Origin: Dehalococcoidia bacterium
Lineage (GTDB): Bacteria > Chloroflexota > Dehalococcoidia > Lucifugimonadales > VXLM01
DNA: 64,000 nucleotides
Direction of reading: 5' to 3'
Assembly (NCBI GenBank): GCA_963662435.1
Contig: OY759598.1
Coordinates: 2,140,507 to 2,204,506, forward strand
The translations under genes were made by a program, and so were the position numbers. The notes beneath the pieces were generated by a model. The model worked only from the letters and a program-made list of their open reading frames with translations. It did not search any database and was not told the DNA's origin. Positions 29,161-39,023 of the stretch are shown in pieces. Each line of letters opens with the position of its first letter. The first letter of the stretch is position 1.

Positions 29161-29189
29161 ATCCTACGAGTCGGTGCAAGGGGTGTCAA
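29161..29189 (-). promoter_or_regulatory. Putative sigma70 promoter of the LLM gene
   Basis: Minus strand reads TTGACA-17 nt-TAGGAT, 30 nt upstream of the ATG. Confidence 0.55.
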
Positions 29190-29585
29190 CCGCGACGCGC
29201 CGTGGGGGGTGGGAGGAGTCTATTCTCTTCGCGTCTCTTCGCGCGATGGGCAATCAAGTTCGCTGACAGTGCAACCGATTTGGGGCGCGGCAACGGCTGG
29301 ATAACGCCTGGACCCCTTGAATTCCCCGACATTTCTGGACATTTTCAGACATCTCTTTCTCTGCAAGTACCTTTCCACAATACAGGTAAGGGTAGCTAGC
29401 TGGTGTGAGTTCGGTGTTTCTTCGCTCAGGCTCAAAGTCGCGTGCGCATTGAATAGCAAGTGATTCATGCTGGGAGCATTTGAACGGAAAGTGGTCGACC
29501 ACGTGCAGAGTCGAGTCATCCCTGTTTCGGTAGAAGGCAGCCTTCCGTCCTCTCTTCTGCGCCGTCTCATCTGTTCTTCCAAGCT

Positions 29586-29774
29586 ATGCCCAAGCATGGC
29601 TACATAAGTGTCGATGAGTCGGGCGACGCGGCATTCAAGCTCGATCCTGTTAGTGGTAAATTGCTCAGCAGCAGCTACTACGTCGCCGCCGCACTGCATC
29701 TGTGTGACGACGCCTTTCGGGGCATGAACGGAGGACGGGATGCAGCTAGATCGCTTCAATGGGAGGCGGCATAG
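29586..29774 (+). pseudogene. Truncated DUF3800-like gene remnant
   Basis: YISVDESGD...SSSYYVAAAL matches the DUF3800 N-terminal xxDESG motif. The ORF ends after 62 aa. Confidence 0.55.
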
Positions 29775-29879
29775 CATCTTAGATTCCTCCCTGCAGCTCG
29801 GAGTGACTGTGGGTTGGTGGTCGGGATATTTCCTGAGGGTTTGTCACCCGAACCACGCCAAACGAAAATGATGGGCACC

Positions 29880-29906
29880 AGGGGCGGGTTTCAAACCCGC
29901 GCCTAC
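29880..29906. repeat. Single REP-like hairpin (GTAG type)
   Basis: AGGGGCGGGTTTCAAACCCGCGCCTAC: GCGGGTTT/AAACCCGC stem ending in CTAC (GTAG on the other strand). Confidence 0.55.
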
Positions 29907-29996
29907 GGAAATGACGATGGCATATTTTCGTGACAACGTCAGTTGGTTGTAGTGTGTCAGGGACATGGTCGCAGTATGCAATTTCAGGTAGGGCAG

Positions 29997-30737
29997 CTAC
30001 AGCGAGACGACCTCCCTAGCCAATACCAGCGTACTTGTAACCGCGATGACGGCTACGACCGCTTGACGGAAGACCTTCTCATTCATCCGACCGGTGAGGC
30101 GCACGGAGAGCCAGTAGCCGATGGCGACCGCGGGGGCCGTTGCGGCAGTCAGGAGGAGACGGTCTGCGGTCATCAGCCCCTGGATGAAATAGCCGGCCAA
30201 CGCGGTAACGTACATGACCATGAAGAAGAAGGCCATCGAGGCGCGCACGCCCTGACGCTCCATGCCGCGACCGAGGAAGAACAGGACGAGGAGAGGTCCT
30301 CCGATTGCGAGGCCGGTTACCAGGGCGGCAACGCCGAATCCCAGCACTGGCCCGGTGAACTTCGGTCTCGGAACTCGCCACTCGGTCTTAACGACTACCA
30401 GGGCCGTGATCGCGAGTACGAGAACACTTATGCCGATGCGAAGGGCGGATGCGTCCAGTTCGCTTAGTGCATAAACCCCGATGGGAGCTCCCAGCGCACC
30501 CGCGATGGCAGTCGGGGTGAGGTCGCGATAGGGGACGTGGTCGCGGGTCTCCACCAGCACGAGGCCGAACGCCAGGACGGCGACAGCGTTTACAACTATC
30601 ACGACCGTCTGCGGATCGAGGTACAGCAGCATGATCGGCGTGGTCGTGAGACCGAAGCCGAATCCGATGGCGCCGATGGTAAAACCCGCAACCGTCAGCA
30701 CGAGTGCTGAGACAGCGATCTCGATGAGGCCTAGCAC
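29997..30737 (-). CDS. TauE/SafE-family (sulfite exporter-like) membrane protein
   Basis: AGFTIGAIGFGFGL, GALGAPIG, IGGPLLVLF. About 8 TMs. Confidence 0.85.
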   Translation of the reverse strand: MLGLIEIAVSALVLTVAGFTIGAIGFGFGLTTTPIMLLYLDPQTVVIVVNAVAVLAFGLVLVETRDHVPYRDLTPTAIAGALGAPIGVYALSELDASALRIGISVLVLAITALVVVKTEWRVPRPKFTGPVLGFGVAALVTGLAIGGPLLVLFFLGRGMERQGVRASMAFFFMVMYVTALAGYFIQGLMTADRLLLTAATAPAVAIGYWLSVRLTGRMNEKVFRQAVVAVIAVTSTLVLAREVVSL

Positions 30738-30795
30738 GTGGGACCGGTCTTTTTTTTCGCGCCTCGAAAGACGATTGCTGGGCCTGTGAGTCCAG

Positions 30796-32373
30796 TCACG
30801 GTATCGCCTGACCGGCCATAACGCCCGTGCACCGCTCCTGGTCGACGGCCACCTGCCCGTTGACGATCACGAAGGGGATGCCGATGGGATACTGCTGGGG
30901 GTCGTCGTAGGTTGCGGTGTCTATGATGGTGTCGGCGTCGAAGACGACGACGTCGGCGAAGCAGCCGGATTCCAGACGGCCTCGTCCCGTGAGTCCGAAC
31001 CGACGCGCGGCGTTGTCGGTCATGCGCTGCACCATAGATTCGAGTGACATGATCGGGAACTGGCGTTGCAACCGTCCGAGGAAGCGCGGGAACGTGCCCC
31101 ATGCGCGGGGATGCGGATGGCCGCCGACGTGGATGGAGTCGCTGCCGACCATGTAGTCGGTGCGCGCTAACAGCTCGACGGCGTCGCGGCTCACCTGCCT
31201 CCAGTCGGTTATGTCGCCGGGGGGAACGCCCCAGAAGCCGACTTCGAGGTCGTTCTCCAGCAGAAGGTCGATGGTGACTTCGCCTAAACTCTTACCCCGG
31301 CGCTCCGCGAGCGTGGGGACAGTGAGTCCTTCAAGTTCCGGCGTGAGCGGCATGTGGGAGTACACGAACTCCCTGACTATCCTCGCGTCGCTTCCCTCGA
31401 TGTGTTCGGCGATAACTGCACGCTCGTCCGCGTCCTTGAGCCGTTCGATGATCGCCGCTGGGCCACCGTTGTGGGCCTGAGAGGGCATATTGCTAAGTAC
31501 GAACGAGCTGCCTGTCGGGTACGGGTAAAGTTCAAGGGTCAGGTCGACATCGTCTTTCGCCTCGTCGAACTGCTCCATCAATTCGGCCACCTGTCCAGCG
31601 TTGTTGACCGCCGTCCGGGTATGGGAGAAGTGGACCTTCACGCCGGAGCGCCGCCCTATCTCCAGCGCCTCCGGCACGCCGCCTCCGCCGAAGCCACGAT
31701 CGGGATTCACGTTGCGTAGGTGGGTGGTGTACACGCCGTCGAACTCCGCGACGATCTTGCAGAGCTCGATCAGTTCCTCCGTGTCGCTCCACGCCTGCGG
31801 ATGGTACGACATGCCGGTCGCGAGACCGACGGCGCCCTGCTCCATCCCTTCCCACACGAGACGCTTGGCGTGTTCGAGGCGGTCTCCGACCATCGGAACG
31901 TCGTACATTCCGCAGGCCTCCACGCGGAGTGCGCCGTGGGCAATGTTCGTCACGACGTTGATGGCGGTCTTGTGGTGATAGTTCGCCTTGAAGGCCGTGA
32001 CGGAGCTCATGTCCAGGTCGTCGGGAGCCCTGCCGAGGATGCCGGAGAGATAGTGGTTGTACATCCGGTAGTTTTCCGGCGAGGCGGGCACGTAGGACAG
32101 CCCGTCCTGTCCGAGAATCTCGGTCGTGATCCCCTGTCGGAGTCCCTGCGGATGCTGCCCGTCGATCAAGAGGACAGCGTCTGAGTGGACGTGCGTATCG
32201 ATGAAGCCGGGAGAGACGACATGTCCTGTCGCGTCGATGTAACGCCGCGCCTGCGCCTGCGAAAGGTCGCCGATGGCGTCGATCTTCTCGCCCACGATGC
32301 CGAGATCGGCCCGGTACCCCGGCTTTCCCGTGCCGTCTACTATGGTGCCGCCCGTTATGAGAACGTCGAACAT
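30796..32373 (-). CDS. N-acyl-D-amino-acid deacylase (D-aminoacylase) family
   Basis: VSPGFIDTHVHSD, YTTHLR, GSD...HPHPRAWGTFPRFLG, ADVVVFD...DTATYDDP. Confidence 0.92.
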   Translation of the reverse strand: MFDVLITGGTIVDGTGKPGYRADLGIVGEKIDAIGDLSQAQARRYIDATGHVVSPGFIDTHVHSDAVLLIDGQHPQGLRQGITTEILGQDGLSYVPASPENYRMYNHYLSGILGRAPDDLDMSSVTAFKANYHHKTAINVVTNIAHGALRVEACGMYDVPMVGDRLEHAKRLVWEGMEQGAVGLATGMSYHPQAWSDTEELIELCKIVAEFDGVYTTHLRNVNPDRGFGGGGVPEALEIGRRSGVKVHFSHTRTAVNNAGQVAELMEQFDEAKDDVDLTLELYPYPTGSSFVLSNMPSQAHNGGPAAIIERLKDADERAVIAEHIEGSDARIVREFVYSHMPLTPELEGLTVPTLAERRGKSLGEVTIDLLLENDLEVGFWGVPPGDITDWRQVSRDAVELLARTDYMVGSDSIHVGGHPHPRAWGTFPRFLGRLQRQFPIMSLESMVQRMTDNAARRFGLTGRGRLESGCFADVVVFDADTIIDTATYDDPQQYPIGIPFVIVNGQVAVDQERCTGVMAGQAIP

Positions 32374-32433
32374 TCCTTTGCCTCCGTTTGCTCCGTCAGG
32401 TTTTTGCGAATAGCTCGGCTGTTTTGTTTGGTT

Positions 32434-34224
32434 TCACTCCGCCAGCATGATGCGGAGGTCCCTCAACTGGTCCTCGTCGACGATGTCGGGAGCCTCGAAG
32501 AGGGGGTCGACTCCGGTCTGGGTCTTGGGGAAGGCGATGACCTCGCGGATGCTGTCGACATTCAGCAGAAGCATGATGAGACGCTCGATGCCCGCCGCGA
32601 TGCCGCCGTGCGGGGGCGTGCCGTACTCGAATGCGTCGAGCAGCTGTTTAAATCGCGCCTCCGTGTCCTCCTCGCTGTAGCCGAGAAGGCTGAACACCTT
32701 GTTCTGCATATCCCTCTGATGGATTCGGATGCTTCCGCCCGCCGCCTCCATCCCGTTGCACACGAGGTCGTAGGAACGGGAGAGGGCAGCGCCGGGGTCG
32801 GAATCGAAGTCCTCGTGCCCGGCCTTCGGCGCCGTGAATGGATGGTGGGGGGAGTCCCACCTACCCTCGTCTTCGTTCCAATCGAAGAGCGGGAAGTCCA
32901 CGACGAATGCGAATGCCAGGACGTTGGGGTCTGCAAGCTCGAGGCGTCGGGCCATCTCCCGTCGAAGGGAGTCGAGGGCGACGTTGGTCGACTTGGCGGG
33001 ACCGGCGATGATGAGGAGAAGGTCTCCGGGACTCGCCCCGGTCTGTCGAGCCATTTCCTTCACCACGTCGAGAGAGAGGAATTTGGCGACGGGCGACTTG
33101 ATGTGCTCATCGGTAAGGTCGTCGATTGAGGGCGCGGCGGCACTGAGAACGAGGTAGACCAGTCCCTGCGCACCGCTTCGCTTGGCGAACTCCACGAGGT
33201 CGTCGAGCTGTCGACGCGGCATGTCGGCAAGCCCGGGAGCCGCGAACCCCTTCACGATTCCACCGCCGGCAAGGACGGACTGGAACACGCGGAACTCGGA
33301 CTCCTTGACCGTCTCTCCCAAGTCGGACATTTCGAGCCCGTAGCGAATGTCCGGGCGGTCGGAGGCGTAGCGTGACATGGCCTCGGCATAGGGAATGCGT
33401 GGGAATGGCTTCTGCAGGATTTGCCTATCGGGGACAAGCATCTCGAACATGGCAGTGTAGAGTTCCTCGATGAGATCGAGAATGTCGTCCTGGTCCACGA
33501 AGCTCATTTCGAGGTCGAGCTGCGTGAACTCCGGCTGCCTGTCGCCGCGAGGGTCCTCGTCGCGGAAGCACTTGGCTATCTGGAAGTACTTTTCCACACC
33601 CGCCGCCATGAGAAGCTGCTTGAGTTGCTGCGGCGATTGCGGTAAAGCGTAGAACTTGCCGGGATAGAGGCGGCTGGGAACGAGATAGTCTCTCGCGCCT
33701 TCGGGCGTGCTCTTGATGAGAATCGGCGTCTCAATGTCGAGGAAGCCGCGCTCGCTGAGGAAGTCGCGAATGAACTTGACTGCTCGATGGCGAAGCACCA
33801 GCATGTCGCGCATTTTCGGACGGCGCAGGTCGAGGTAGCGGTACTTGAGGCGCAGCAGTTCATCGACGTCGCTCTCCTCGTTGACGTAGAAGGGGGGAGT
33901 CTTGGACTCATTCAAGACCGCCATGCTCTCAACTGCGACCTCGATTTCGCCGGTGGGAAGGTTGGGGTTGATAGTCTCGTCCGAACGACGAGTCACGCGG
34001 CCCGATACTTGTATCACCCACTCGCTGCGCACCTGGCCCGCGAGGTCGTGCGGCTCCGGGTGAAGGTCGGGATTGAATACGGCCTGCACAATGCCTGAAC
34101 GGTCACGAAGGTCGATGAAGATGAGATTGCCGTGGTCTCTCCGACGGTCAACCCATCCCGCGAGCTTGACCTCCTGTCCCTCATGCTCACTTCGCAGCTC
34201 TCCGCAGTCGATCGATTTGAACAC
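32434..34224 (-). CDS. aspS: Aspartate--tRNA ligase
   Basis: GWVDRRRDHGNLIFIDLRD, STPEGARDY, ALPQSPQ, CFRDED, PPHGGIAAGIERL. GTG start after AAGGAG. Confidence 0.97.
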   Translation of the reverse strand: MFKSIDCGELRSEHEGQEVKLAGWVDRRRDHGNLIFIDLRDRSGIVQAVFNPDLHPEPHDLAGQVRSEWVIQVSGRVTRRSDETINPNLPTGEIEVAVESMAVLNESKTPPFYVNEESDVDELLRLKYRYLDLRRPKMRDMLVLRHRAVKFIRDFLSERGFLDIETPILIKSTPEGARDYLVPSRLYPGKFYALPQSPQQLKQLLMAAGVEKYFQIAKCFRDEDPRGDRQPEFTQLDLEMSFVDQDDILDLIEELYTAMFEMLVPDRQILQKPFPRIPYAEAMSRYASDRPDIRYGLEMSDLGETVKESEFRVFQSVLAGGGIVKGFAAPGLADMPRRQLDDLVEFAKRSGAQGLVYLVLSAAAPSIDDLTDEHIKSPVAKFLSLDVVKEMARQTGASPGDLLLIIAGPAKSTNVALDSLRREMARRLELADPNVLAFAFVVDFPLFDWNEDEGRWDSPHHPFTAPKAGHEDFDSDPGAALSRSYDLVCNGMEAAGGSIRIHQRDMQNKVFSLLGYSEEDTEARFKQLLDAFEYGTPPHGGIAAGIERLIMLLLNVDSIREVIAFPKTQTGVDPLFEAPDIVDEDQLRDLRIMLAE

Positions 34225-34287
34225 GTTCCGCTCCTTTCCGTCACCGGCCAAGAATTATAGTTGAAGCCGGTATGCTCGTACAGCGCT

Positions 34288-34332
34288 AAAAAAAGAAAGC
34301 CCCGCCCCGATGGTCATCGGGGCGGGGCTTTC
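34288..34332 (-). terminator. Rho-independent terminator after the Lrp/AsnC gene
   Basis: Perfect stem GAAAGCCCCGCCCCGAT/ATCGGGGCGGGGCTTTC with an adjacent A7 run (U-tract on the minus strand). Confidence 0.88.
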
Positions 34333-34352
34333 AACCAGTGTCGTGCAGTGGG

Positions 34353-34793
34353 CTATGCCACGACGCCGTTACCCCGCTTCTTATTGCTCAGATTGACGAA
34401 TGTCTCCGTGCGGCGAACGCCGGCGATCGTTCCGACCTTGGTGCGCAGGAATACGCCGAGTTCTTCGGGCCCCGGCAGGGCGGCCCATGCGAACACGTCG
34501 AATGTGCCGGTTGTGATCGTTACCCAACCGATCTCCTTGAGCGCGATGAGATCATCGGCCACGCGGTCGATCTGGTCGGGATCGATCTGAACGCCAATCA
34601 ATGCCCTGGACGCAAGGCCCATCTTCACGGGATCGGGGACGGCAACGACTTCGATGAAGTCTCCTTCGATAAGCCTGTTGAGCCGTCTTCGGACGGTGCC
34701 CTCGCTTACGCCAACCTGCCTGGCAACCCGCGCGTTCGAGGTTCGTCCGTCATTCTGGAGAATGTCGATTATGTTGATGTCTAGCTGATCCAT
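34353..34793 (-). CDS. Lrp/AsnC-family transcriptional regulator
   Basis: MDQLDINIIDILQNDGRTSNARVARQVGVSEGTVRRRLNRL, TTGTFD, GVRRTET. Confidence 0.93.
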   Translation of the reverse strand: MDQLDINIIDILQNDGRTSNARVARQVGVSEGTVRRRLNRLIEGDFIEVVAVPDPVKMGLASRALIGVQIDPDQIDRVADDLIALKEIGWVTITTGTFDVFAWAALPGPEELGVFLRTKVGTIAGVRRTETFVNLSNKKRGNGVVA

Positions 34794-34839
34794 TCGCGTG
34801 TGCAAATCCTCGTATGTAGGTGATGTAGGTATCGTTTAA

Positions 34840-34869
34840 ACGGTATCGTTGCGCTACGAATTCTGTCAA
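34840..34869 (-). promoter_or_regulatory. Putative promoter of the Lrp/AsnC gene
   Basis: Minus strand reads TTGACA-18 nt-TACCGT. Short direct repeats (ATGTAGGT x2, GGTATCGTT x2) lie nearby. Confidence 0.4.
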
Positions 34870-35093
34870 CAATTAATCATGGAAACCCACCTTGCCCTAC
34901 GGCGCCGGCAAGCCCAATCGTCGATTTCCCGGCATGCATGGAATCACGAAAAAGACATGTTCGGCCGTACCTGCCGAGGCCTCTTGAGGGATCGAACTGC
35001 CCTCTCCGTCTCTTGCGACCCGAACCTTGACCGCCGACAACCGCAGGGCTACCATGCCTTTGGAATCGTTGGATATGAACAAGGGAGAGACCA

Positions 35094-36503
35094 TTGAGGT
35101 TCTTCAGCTCAGAGCACCCTGCGAAATCGATCCTGGCTATGATGATTTGCGTCATCATGGTCGCTCAGACATTCGCCTGCGGGGGCGATGGCGATGACGG
35201 TGGAGGAAGTGGCGCCGGCGGGTCGGAAACGACAGGACAGGCGGCTCCCACTGGTGGCGGGGACAACCTGCAGATCCGGTCGCCATTCGACGATTACGGC
35301 AACGCGGTGGCGGTGGACGCTACCGGAAACGTCTACATTGCCGGTCACATCGAAGATGCTCTCCCGGGACAGGACTATCTTGGAGGGAAGGACGCCTTCC
35401 TGCAGAAGCTGGACGGGTCGCTCGCAGAGATCTGGACACGGCAGTTCGGCACGGAGGACAACGACAACGTTGTCACCGTAGCGGTCGACGGCGTGGGGAA
35501 TGTCTATCTCGCGGGCAGCACGATCGGCGAGTTCAGCGGGTACACCTCCGAGTATTTCGGCAGCGACGCTTTCGTACGGGCATACGACGCCGACGGGACG
35601 GAGAGCTGGACTACGCAGTTCGGTACGCAATTGGGCACCATCGCACAGTCCATTGCCGTGGACGGGTCCGGCAACGTGTACGTCGGGGGACACACGGAGG
35701 GCAGTCTTCCGGGATTCGAAAATGCCGGAGGCGCACCGCTGGGGCCGGTCACCGACTGGAATGACGCATTCCTGAGAAAGTACGGGGCTGACGGGACAGA
35801 GATATGGACTCAGCAGTTCGGCCACGAGCGCCACGACGAGATTCACGGCGTCGCGGTCGACGCTTCCGGCTCGGTCTATGTGGGGGGATATACCGATGGG
35901 GCCTTTGAGGGATTCTTCAACCCGGGTGGGCGAGACGCTTTCGTCAGGAAGTATGACCCGGAGGGCAACGTCGTTTGGACGACTCAATTCGGTAGCGGCT
36001 CGGCCGCGGGCGGTCAGCCGAACGACAAAGCGCTGGATATCGCGCTGGATTCCAGCGGCAACATCTACGTTGCGGGAAGCACCACCGGAGCGTTCGAGGG
36101 CGAAAGCAGCGGAGGCGGCAACGACGGGTTTGTGCGCAAGATGGACTCGAACGGACAGCATTCCTGGACTCGACAGTTCGGTGGCGAGGACGACGACACG
36201 GCCGACGCCATAGCGGTCGACGGCGGCGGCACGGCGTTCGTGGCGGGCAACACGGAGTCGTCCATCCCGGGAGCGGGCGGCCATGGCCAGCCGGACGGTT
36301 TCGCCAAGAGCTTTGATGCCAGCGGCGGGGACCGGTGGACTAAGGCGGTGGGGACCAAGCGCGTCGACGGCGCACGGGACGTGGCGCAGGGTTCCGGCGG
36401 CGTCTATGTTGTCGGCGGCACCGAGGGCGAAATAGGCCCCGGCGGCGCGGGTAAGGGCAACGAAATCGACAGCGACGTGTTCGTCCTCAGGCTGTCCAGG
36501 TAG
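35094..36503 (+). CDS. SBBP-repeat beta-propeller lipoprotein
   Basis: Signal peptide with lipobox-like TFAC and a Gly-rich linker. About 7 repeats AVDxxGNVYxxGxT...DAFxRKYDxxGxxxWTxQFG. Confidence 0.88.
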   Translation: MRFFSSEHPAKSILAMMICVIMVAQTFACGGDGDDGGGSGAGGSETTGQAAPTGGGDNLQIRSPFDDYGNAVAVDATGNVYIAGHIEDALPGQDYLGGKDAFLQKLDGSLAEIWTRQFGTEDNDNVVTVAVDGVGNVYLAGSTIGEFSGYTSEYFGSDAFVRAYDADGTESWTTQFGTQLGTIAQSIAVDGSGNVYVGGHTEGSLPGFENAGGAPLGPVTDWNDAFLRKYGADGTEIWTQQFGHERHDEIHGVAVDASGSVYVGGYTDGAFEGFFNPGGRDAFVRKYDPEGNVVWTTQFGSGSAAGGQPNDKALDIALDSSGNIYVAGSTTGAFEGESSGGGNDGFVRKMDSNGQHSWTRQFGGEDDDTADAIAVDGGGTAFVAGNTESSIPGAGGHGQPDGFAKSFDASGGDRWTKAVGTKRVDGARDVAQGSGGVYVVGGTEGEIGPGGAGKGNEIDSDVFVLRLSR

Positions 36504-36518
36504 GGACGACCGTACAGG

Positions 36519-37406
36519 CTACAACAGCCCTCGAAGACCGGGTACCCGGCTCATTGTCCACAGCTTTGCCATAGTCATCAGCTTTTGTCCGGTGCCCAAG
36601 CTCACCCGTTGTGAGAATACGTCATAGTCCGCGGCCTCGATCCGGTCGAGAATCGACGTATACACCCCTATGAGAACGGCTGTGCAAGCCCGCGCGTCCG
36701 GTTCAAGCAGGGGGACAAGTTTCCTCCCGGAGTCAAAGAACTCGCGTGCGCGTCGAACCTGGAAACGCATAAGTTCACGAAACGGCTCATTCACTACGCC
36801 ATTCGTCAAGTAGTCCTCGCTGCATTCGAAGCGTAGCAATTCGTCTTGCGGGAGGTACACGCGGTCGCGCTCGGCGTCCTCCTTGATGTCGCGGAGGATG
36901 TTGGTCAACTGCATGGCAAGACCGAGGTCGACGGCGTACTTCTCGACCTCAGGGTGATCGTCGTGGCCGAATATCTCAATGCTCACAAGTCCGACCACCG
37001 AGGCGACCTTGTGGCAATACTCTCGGAGGTCGTCGAACGTCTCGTACCTTGTAATGTCGAGGTCCATCTCGACGCCTGCCACAATCTCGTCGAAGTGCTC
37101 CCACGGTATGCCGAAACGTACGGCAGCGTCGGCAAGGGCGGCGAACACCGGTTCATCGCTGCGGTTTTCGCGGGCCAGAGCAAGTGATTCGCGGACACCC
37201 CTGAAGCCCTCGAGGCGCCCCTCTCGCGACATAACATCGTCGGATATATCGTCACAGAGGCGGCAGAAGGCATAGGCGGCATAGATGGCGCGTCGCTTGA
37301 AGGCAGGGAGAGTCCTGAAGGCGTAGTAGAAGTTCTTCGCTTCGGCCTTCGTGATCCGCCGGCAAAGATCATAGGCGGCATCGAGATCGGGCTGAGTCGC
37401 CGTCAT
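36519..37406 (-). CDS. Phytoene/squalene synthase family protein (HpnD-like)
   Basis: KNFYYAF, YAFCRLCDDISD, YCHKVASVVG, LAMQLTNILRDIKEDAERDRVYLP. Confidence 0.92.
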   Translation of the reverse strand: MTATQPDLDAAYDLCRRITKAEAKNFYYAFRTLPAFKRRAIYAAYAFCRLCDDISDDVMSREGRLEGFRGVRESLALARENRSDEPVFAALADAAVRFGIPWEHFDEIVAGVEMDLDITRYETFDDLREYCHKVASVVGLVSIEIFGHDDHPEVEKYAVDLGLAMQLTNILRDIKEDAERDRVYLPQDELLRFECSEDYLTNGVVNEPFRELMRFQVRRAREFFDSGRKLVPLLEPDARACTAVLIGVYTSILDRIEAADYDVFSQRVSLGTGQKLMTMAKLWTMSRVPGLRGLL

Positions 37407-37460
37407 ATGGACCTGCGCTCGCGCTGATGCTGGCCCCATCGTACCACATCCGGTGACGAT

Positions 37461-37967
37461 TCAAGTCTCGGCTAGTTCTTCGAGATGCTCTAGGTAGCTC
37501 GATTTCTCGACGCCAAAGTAACGAGTATTTGGAAAGCCGTTGGCCAGATCGTCCCAAAAGGTGGTCTTGAGCACGTCCGGCGAGATTGGCATCTCCTGCA
37601 TCTCGTCGCGGTGCACGAACTGTGCTTCCCTCATTTCGCGCGCCGAATCGAGCATCCCGCGTTCGAGGTCCCTGCCGGTTGAAACGCTGCCTGAAAAGGA
37701 GGTCGCCAGAAAGAATATCTCGCAGTGGCGATAGCCGGCATCCAGGAAATCACGGACGTAGGCGATGTCGCCAAGCTCCACCGACAGGCCCGTCTCCTCA
37801 AGCGTCTCGCGCCGCGCACATTCCTCCAGCGACTCATCGCCTTCTACCCCACCACCGGGGGGTACCCACCAAAAGAGTCCGTCATCCGGGTGGCTGGACT
37901 CTTCCTTCACGAGGAGAAGGGAATCGCCATGAACAATGATTGCGGCCGCCCTGATACGGTGCTTCAA
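37461..37967 (-). CDS. NUDIX hydrolase (paralog B)
   Basis: Nudix box GGGVEGDESLEECARRETLEETGL. Confidence 0.9.
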   Translation of the reverse strand: MKHRIRAAAIIVHGDSLLLVKEESSHPDDGLFWWVPPGGGVEGDESLEECARRETLEETGLSVELGDIAYVRDFLDAGYRHCEIFFLATSFSGSVSTGRDLERGMLDSAREMREAQFVHRDEMQEMPISPDVLKTTFWDDLANGFPNTRYFGVEKSSYLEHLEELAET

Positions 37968-37979
37968 TTCTCGTTAACC

Positions 37980-38483
37980 TCATGCCTCGCCGCGAAGGTC
38001 GTGTGCAGGCTGCTGGACACGTTCCATTTCCAGGTAACGCGTCGTTGGGAAACCGTCAGCCAGATCGTCCCAAAACGTCGTCTTGAGTTCGTCCGGGGTG
38101 ATGTTTATCCTCTGCATCTCGCTTCGCCGTACGAATCGCACATCGTCGATGGCATGGGCCGTCTCCAGGAGGCCGACTTCGGGATTCTCGCCGGTCACGA
38201 CGCTGCCGGAGTGAGAGACGGCCAGAAAGAATATCTCGTAGTGGTGATATCCCGGCTCCACGAACTCGCGAATATACGCGATATTGCCAAGCTCTACCGA
38301 ATGGCCCGTCTCCTCCAGCGTCTCGCGACGGGCGCACTCCCCCAGGGACTCTTCGCCCTCGACGCCCCCGCGTGGCGGCACCCACCACTCGTAGCCTTCC
38401 TCAGGGCCGTGGCCACGGTGCTTGACCAGCAGAATCGAGTCACCCTCGACCACGATGGCCGCCGCCCTGACGCGGTGTTTCAC
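37980..38483 (-). CDS. NUDIX hydrolase (paralog A)
   Basis: Nudix box RGGVEGEESLGECARRETLEETGH. The start VKHRVRAAA mirrors paralog B. Confidence 0.88.
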   Translation of the reverse strand: MKHRVRAAAIVVEGDSILLVKHRGHGPEEGYEWWVPPRGGVEGEESLGECARRETLEETGHSVELGNIAYIREFVEPGYHHYEIFFLAVSHSGSVVTGENPEVGLLETAHAIDDVRFVRRSEMQRINITPDELKTTFWDDLADGFPTTRYLEMERVQQPAHDLRGEA

Positions 38484-38485
38484 CC

Positions 38486-38908
38486 TCAATCCATCTCGTA
38501 CTTCGCCGTGACGGTCGTGTGCAGACCGCCCCGCACGTTGTAGTCGAGGACGATGGACATCCGGGAGGGCCCGCACACCTCGACGAGGTCACGCAGGATG
38601 CGGTTGGCCGCGTGTTCCTGGACGATGCCGACGCCGGTGTAGGACATCAGGTAGTATTTCAAGGACTTCAGCTCGATACAAAGCTCGCCGGGGACGTACG
38701 TGATTTCGAGCGACCCGAAGTCCGGCAGGCCAGTCCAGGGACAGACGGCGGTGAACTCGTCCATGTCGATGACGACCACACTGTCCCCGCCCGCGTAGTC
38801 ATAGTCGAAGGCCAGCAGGCAGGAAGGATCAATGACCGCCTCTGGCTTCATTTCGAACTGCCGGTCGAGGTCCTGGTACCGTTCTTGAAGGCTCTGGATG
38901 GTCGCCAT
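38486..38908 (-). CDS. queF: NADPH-dependent 7-cyano-7-deazaguanine reductase (preQ1 synthase, unimodular type)
   Basis: EFTAVCPWTGLPDFG, QueF motif IELKSLKYYL, QEHAANRILRDL, VRGG. Confidence 0.9.
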   Translation of the reverse strand: MATIQSLQERYQDLDRQFEMKPEAVIDPSCLLAFDYDYAGGDSVVVIDMDEFTAVCPWTGLPDFGSLEITYVPGELCIELKSLKYYLMSYTGVGIVQEHAANRILRDLVEVCGPSRMSIVLDYNVRGGLHTTVTAKYEMD

Positions 38909-39023
38909 GTGGCACCTCTCGTCGGGCATCGGATGTCTGCCATTATATCCACCCGACAAGCGCGACACAAAGCACGTAGGGTACTATGTGACACTCACTT
39001 CACAGTATCGAGAGACAAGACCT

